Part shown: in pieces, positions 60,601-64,000 of the stretch
Position numbering within the stretch: the stretch's first letter is position 1
How the letters are laid out: each line of letters opens with the position of its first letter
From: Leptogorgia sarmentosa
Lineage: Eukaryota
Length of the DNA stretch: 64,000 nt
Direction of reading: 5' to 3'
Assembly (NCBI GenBank): GCA_964658305.1
Contig: OZ210885.1
Coordinates: 3,534,001-3,598,000, forward strand
The notes under the pieces: generated by a model
What the model saw: only the letters and a program-made list of their open reading frames with translations
The model's database searches: none
What the model was told of the DNA's origin: nothing
Program-made: the position numbers and the translations under genes

Positions 60601-63600
60601 GAATCACTAAAAGTGGCTGGTGTCCATTGGGGTCCGGCAGCACATACCTCTTGCTCGACCTTGAGAAAGAATATCACATAACTCAAGTCGTGGTTATGGC
60701 TGATGAAGAACAAACAAAATGGAGCGGCTCATATTCTTTGAAATACAGTCACGACATTTCTTATAAAAACAGCGCAAAGGTACAGTTATTATAGTAATGA
60801 AGTATATGCTTTCCTGAAAATGAATGGTAGAAAAGAGTTGGTAGAGAATACTTGATGAAACAAGACCTTGCTAACGTATCTAGATTGACAAACTCCTACC
60901 CTTGTAATATAAAATAGAAACGTGATTTACCTAATTCCGGCGATCTTCAGTGCATGGTATACAATAGCGTATAATTAAATAACTATAAAGCGTCGAAAAA
61001 GAGAGGAGATTTTAAATCTAAGAGTCTAAGACAGCACATATTTAACTTAACAAGGAATTGAACGAATTTAATTATCGATGATGTACATATTTCTTAACGT
61101 AACTGTTTGAGATCACGAGTTCTTCCTAATTTTCAGGAATTTGGAAACCAAAACGGGTACCAAGCATCAAGAACAAGCCTTGATATTTATAATGTTAGAC
61201 ACATGAAAATAGAGTCCACTGGAAACAGAAACTTTTGTCTACGTATAGAACTTTGTGGAGAGGGTAAGAAATTGAGGAGCAGTGAATAACATACATCAAT
61301 GCCGACAATGTCAATTCGCCCAAAAACATGATAGTTAGTCGACTTCAAAGTTTTTGTCGTATTGTAATATCAAATAGTAATTATAATTAGTAGTTAGCAT
61401 GGTAAATCGTATTACTCAATATTCAAGATATGAAGGTATTCAAGATGTTTAGCGACTTAAATTAGAGCGGTTTCTGGCCCCCTCAAATTTCTTTCAGGAC
61501 CATTCTCACAAAACTGTGTAGATGTGATAAAGGGCGGGGGCGGGGAGTGGGAGTAGGTGTGGGTGTAAGCGGCGTTAGAAGATCCAATAATGATGCTGTT
61601 GAAGTATAGAATATTATGCTTTATTCCGATATCTCACCAAGAAAATGCAGTCTAAATTTCAACATTTTCTGGTGGAGCAAGCACTCCCCCCGAGACCCCC
61701 TTCAGTATCTCGCATCTCGACCCGCAAAAAAATGAACTTGCCTTGATCGTCCATACTTTGTTTTTAGTTCAAACGCCAGCTCAAGTATCCAATATCAAAG
61801 TTTCACCATCTAAAGTCTCTGCAACCGTAATGTGGGAAATATCTACATCTACTCAGCACTCCAGCTATATAACAGAGATCATCATATACCTCAACGGCCA
61901 AGTACACAAGACTGTATCTCGGGGGACTCAAGTAACTATAGAGGGACTTTTACCGTATACTTCGTATTCAGTGGGAATTCAAACTCAGGATGGTTCATCA
62001 CAAAAGAGTCAAGTAGTTACCAAACATTTCACGACAAGAGGAATTGGTATGTAAAGGTTTGGGGAAGCATGCTTCCATGGAGATATCTTATTCGTACTTA
62101 ATTTCGTGTGACCTTAATTTCGCACTTGGAAAAAAATCGCAAATTAAAGCCCCGCGAAAAACACTTCCCCACAAACTTACACACGCGAAATTAAATACCC
62201 TAGTATATAAACAATTTAAAATTATTAAATTATTAATGTTTTCATGAATACAATCAATCACATGTTGAAGAAGGTTGGGATAGCGAACGTACTTATCAGT
62301 ACAGAAGACCAATTGTCGAATGAGTTTCATGTGACTAGAAAAAACATTATGGTCTACTTGTCATGGTTCTGTCTTCCTTGAAAAGTTGTTTAAATATTTT
62401 AAGTTGAAGTTTAAATCATAGTGTAAATGATTCTCAGGAAAAACTCTATCCCTTTTTCTATTTTCGGTTATTAAAATCGCGAAAATAGAGTCTCGCGAAA
62501 TATGGTTTCGAAAAAATCGCGAAATTAATTAGGTGCAAAATTAAGTACGAATAAGGTATGTACTCGTTGGGTTAAAATTCTTGTTAAGGTGTGGTAGGGT
62601 GCTGTTTGTGCAATTATCTTCTATAATCTGCTAAAATCGGGGACAAATTTATTTCCGCTTCAAATTCTGGAAAATTCATTCATCAAAGTGAACATCACCA
62701 TGTCATGATAACACTGTATCTTGTGGCTACACACAGCATTGTTCGAATCTATACTGTTATAAACAACAACTTTTCCTCTTTCAAAATATGCGATTAATTT
62801 TCCATTTTTTCTTGTCGTAGCACCTCCCGCAGTCATTTCAAAGATCCTATCAACGGCCTCTAAAACGTACACTATCTTCTGGGTTCAACCAACACTGCCT
62901 GTTGGACAAATCGTCTTGAAGTACTATATAAACTACAGAGTTCTCAATGGGCCCAATAATTCAAAAAATGTATCAAAGGATATGACATCTATTGCTATTG
63001 ATGTTGAATATGAGAAACAATACATTTTTGAAATAAAAGTTGTGACCGAGCCGGGAATAAGTAATGTGACGTCAAGAACCTGGTTCTCTCATTCAGGTAA
63101 AAATACATGAAATGTTTTTTTACAATGTGACAGTAGGAACGGTTTAGTCTATGGAACTGCCAAATTTATCTGCGCCAAATTTTTGCTTGTAGGGAGGGAT
63201 GGGTACTGTGGTGCATAAAAATTATGCATCGGTCATTCAAAAGTAATTTAAAATTAAACCACGTTTTAAAAAATTTCTCAACCTGCCTTTTAGTACACCT
63301 CAAATTTCTGGCATATAGTTAAAGTGTCGGCGATTGAAACAATTTGGTTGTTTTTCCATAATTATTCAATTTTATTTGTGTTTTTTATCCCTTCTATGTA
63401 GCGCCCTTGAAAACGCCGACCAAAATGAACGACAGTTACACAGTAACACTGATAAAGCCAAGAAAAGAGGGAAATATTAAGTAAGTTGACATGAAATAGT
63501 TAATAATTTGAAACAACTCACTTTTGTGTCTATATTGAATTCATTTTGTTTCAATATGTCTTTGTTTTCTTGTCTTTGAACTCTTGTAAACTGTGCTACT

Positions 63601-64000
63601 TAGTTACTTACTTTGAGCTAGTTGACGTATTAGACCGCGGTTAAAGTGCGAAAGTTTAGTCAGACGAAACTATAGGTAAAAGTTGTAACTAAACTGCGAC
63701 TACTGCGAATTGCAAGAAGAAACAAGGTTCCAGATAGTGAAATACCTACACGCAGATACTTTCTTTTCTTAGGGAAGTCGCTCTTGTGTTACTCAAATCA
63801 AAAAATCTCCTGGCACCAGAAGAAGTTGAGCTGCGGTTGTCGCCTCCTTCAGATGAAGAGAACGATATCGCCTTTAAAGCTAAAGTATTTGATATAACGG
63901 ACTTTCAAGAAGATACAATAGAAATATCACTTCAACAGACTCCAGACATACGACGAAGAAAGAGAAATGCAGTTGTAGTTGAGGCATTGTCACCTATGTC
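57678..64000 (+). CDS. Receptor paralogue 5 (3' part runs off the window)
   Basis: Exons 57678-58091, 58609-58917, 59725-60021, 60502-60779, 61137-61263, 61768-62046, 62821-63096, 63402-63480, 63773->64000. In frame as far as visible, with IRRRKR retained. Confidence 0.85.

Noticed and set aside
1..64000. CRISPR arrays, rRNA, tRNA or prokaryotic operons
   Set aside because: None seen. The repeats are segmental gene duplications and transposon hairpins in spliceosomal-intron DNA.

Overview
AT-rich, intron-containing eukaryotic DNA. An anthozoan cnidarian origin is my inference from the domain repertoire and repeat types; it is not provable from this window. Most of the window is a head-to-tail array of five paralogues (units of about 11-17 kb, + strand) of one multi-exon gene, and an inverted copy of the upstream region at 1-635 suggests a sixth, divergent copy off the left edge. 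Splicing the exons by hand (all GT-AG, phases consistent) gives a ~950-aa type I membrane receptor. Its domains are: hypervariable ricin-B/beta-trefoil-like, degenerate SUEL lectin, SRCR, F5/8-C discoidin, two FN3, a juxtamembrane FN3-like domain with an RRRKR furin site and WSYWS motif, one TM helix, and a non-catalytic tail with an ITAM-like YMSL-x9-YQSL pair plus three YExP motifs. Copies 1 and 2 are intact from exon A onward. Copy 3 lacks four exons in frame, copy 4 has a 1-bp frameshift, and copy 5 runs off the window. The start codon was not found. Divergence concentrates in 3-4 loops of the N-terminal exon, and the paralogues are mosaics of one another, consistent with a diversifying immune or allorecognition receptor cluster. 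Accessory elements include a frameshifted CR1/L2-group LINE with a 2A (DVELNPGP) motif, two hammerhead ribozyme motifs in Penelope-like fragments beside (TA)n tracts, and hAT elements with 8-bp TSDs.
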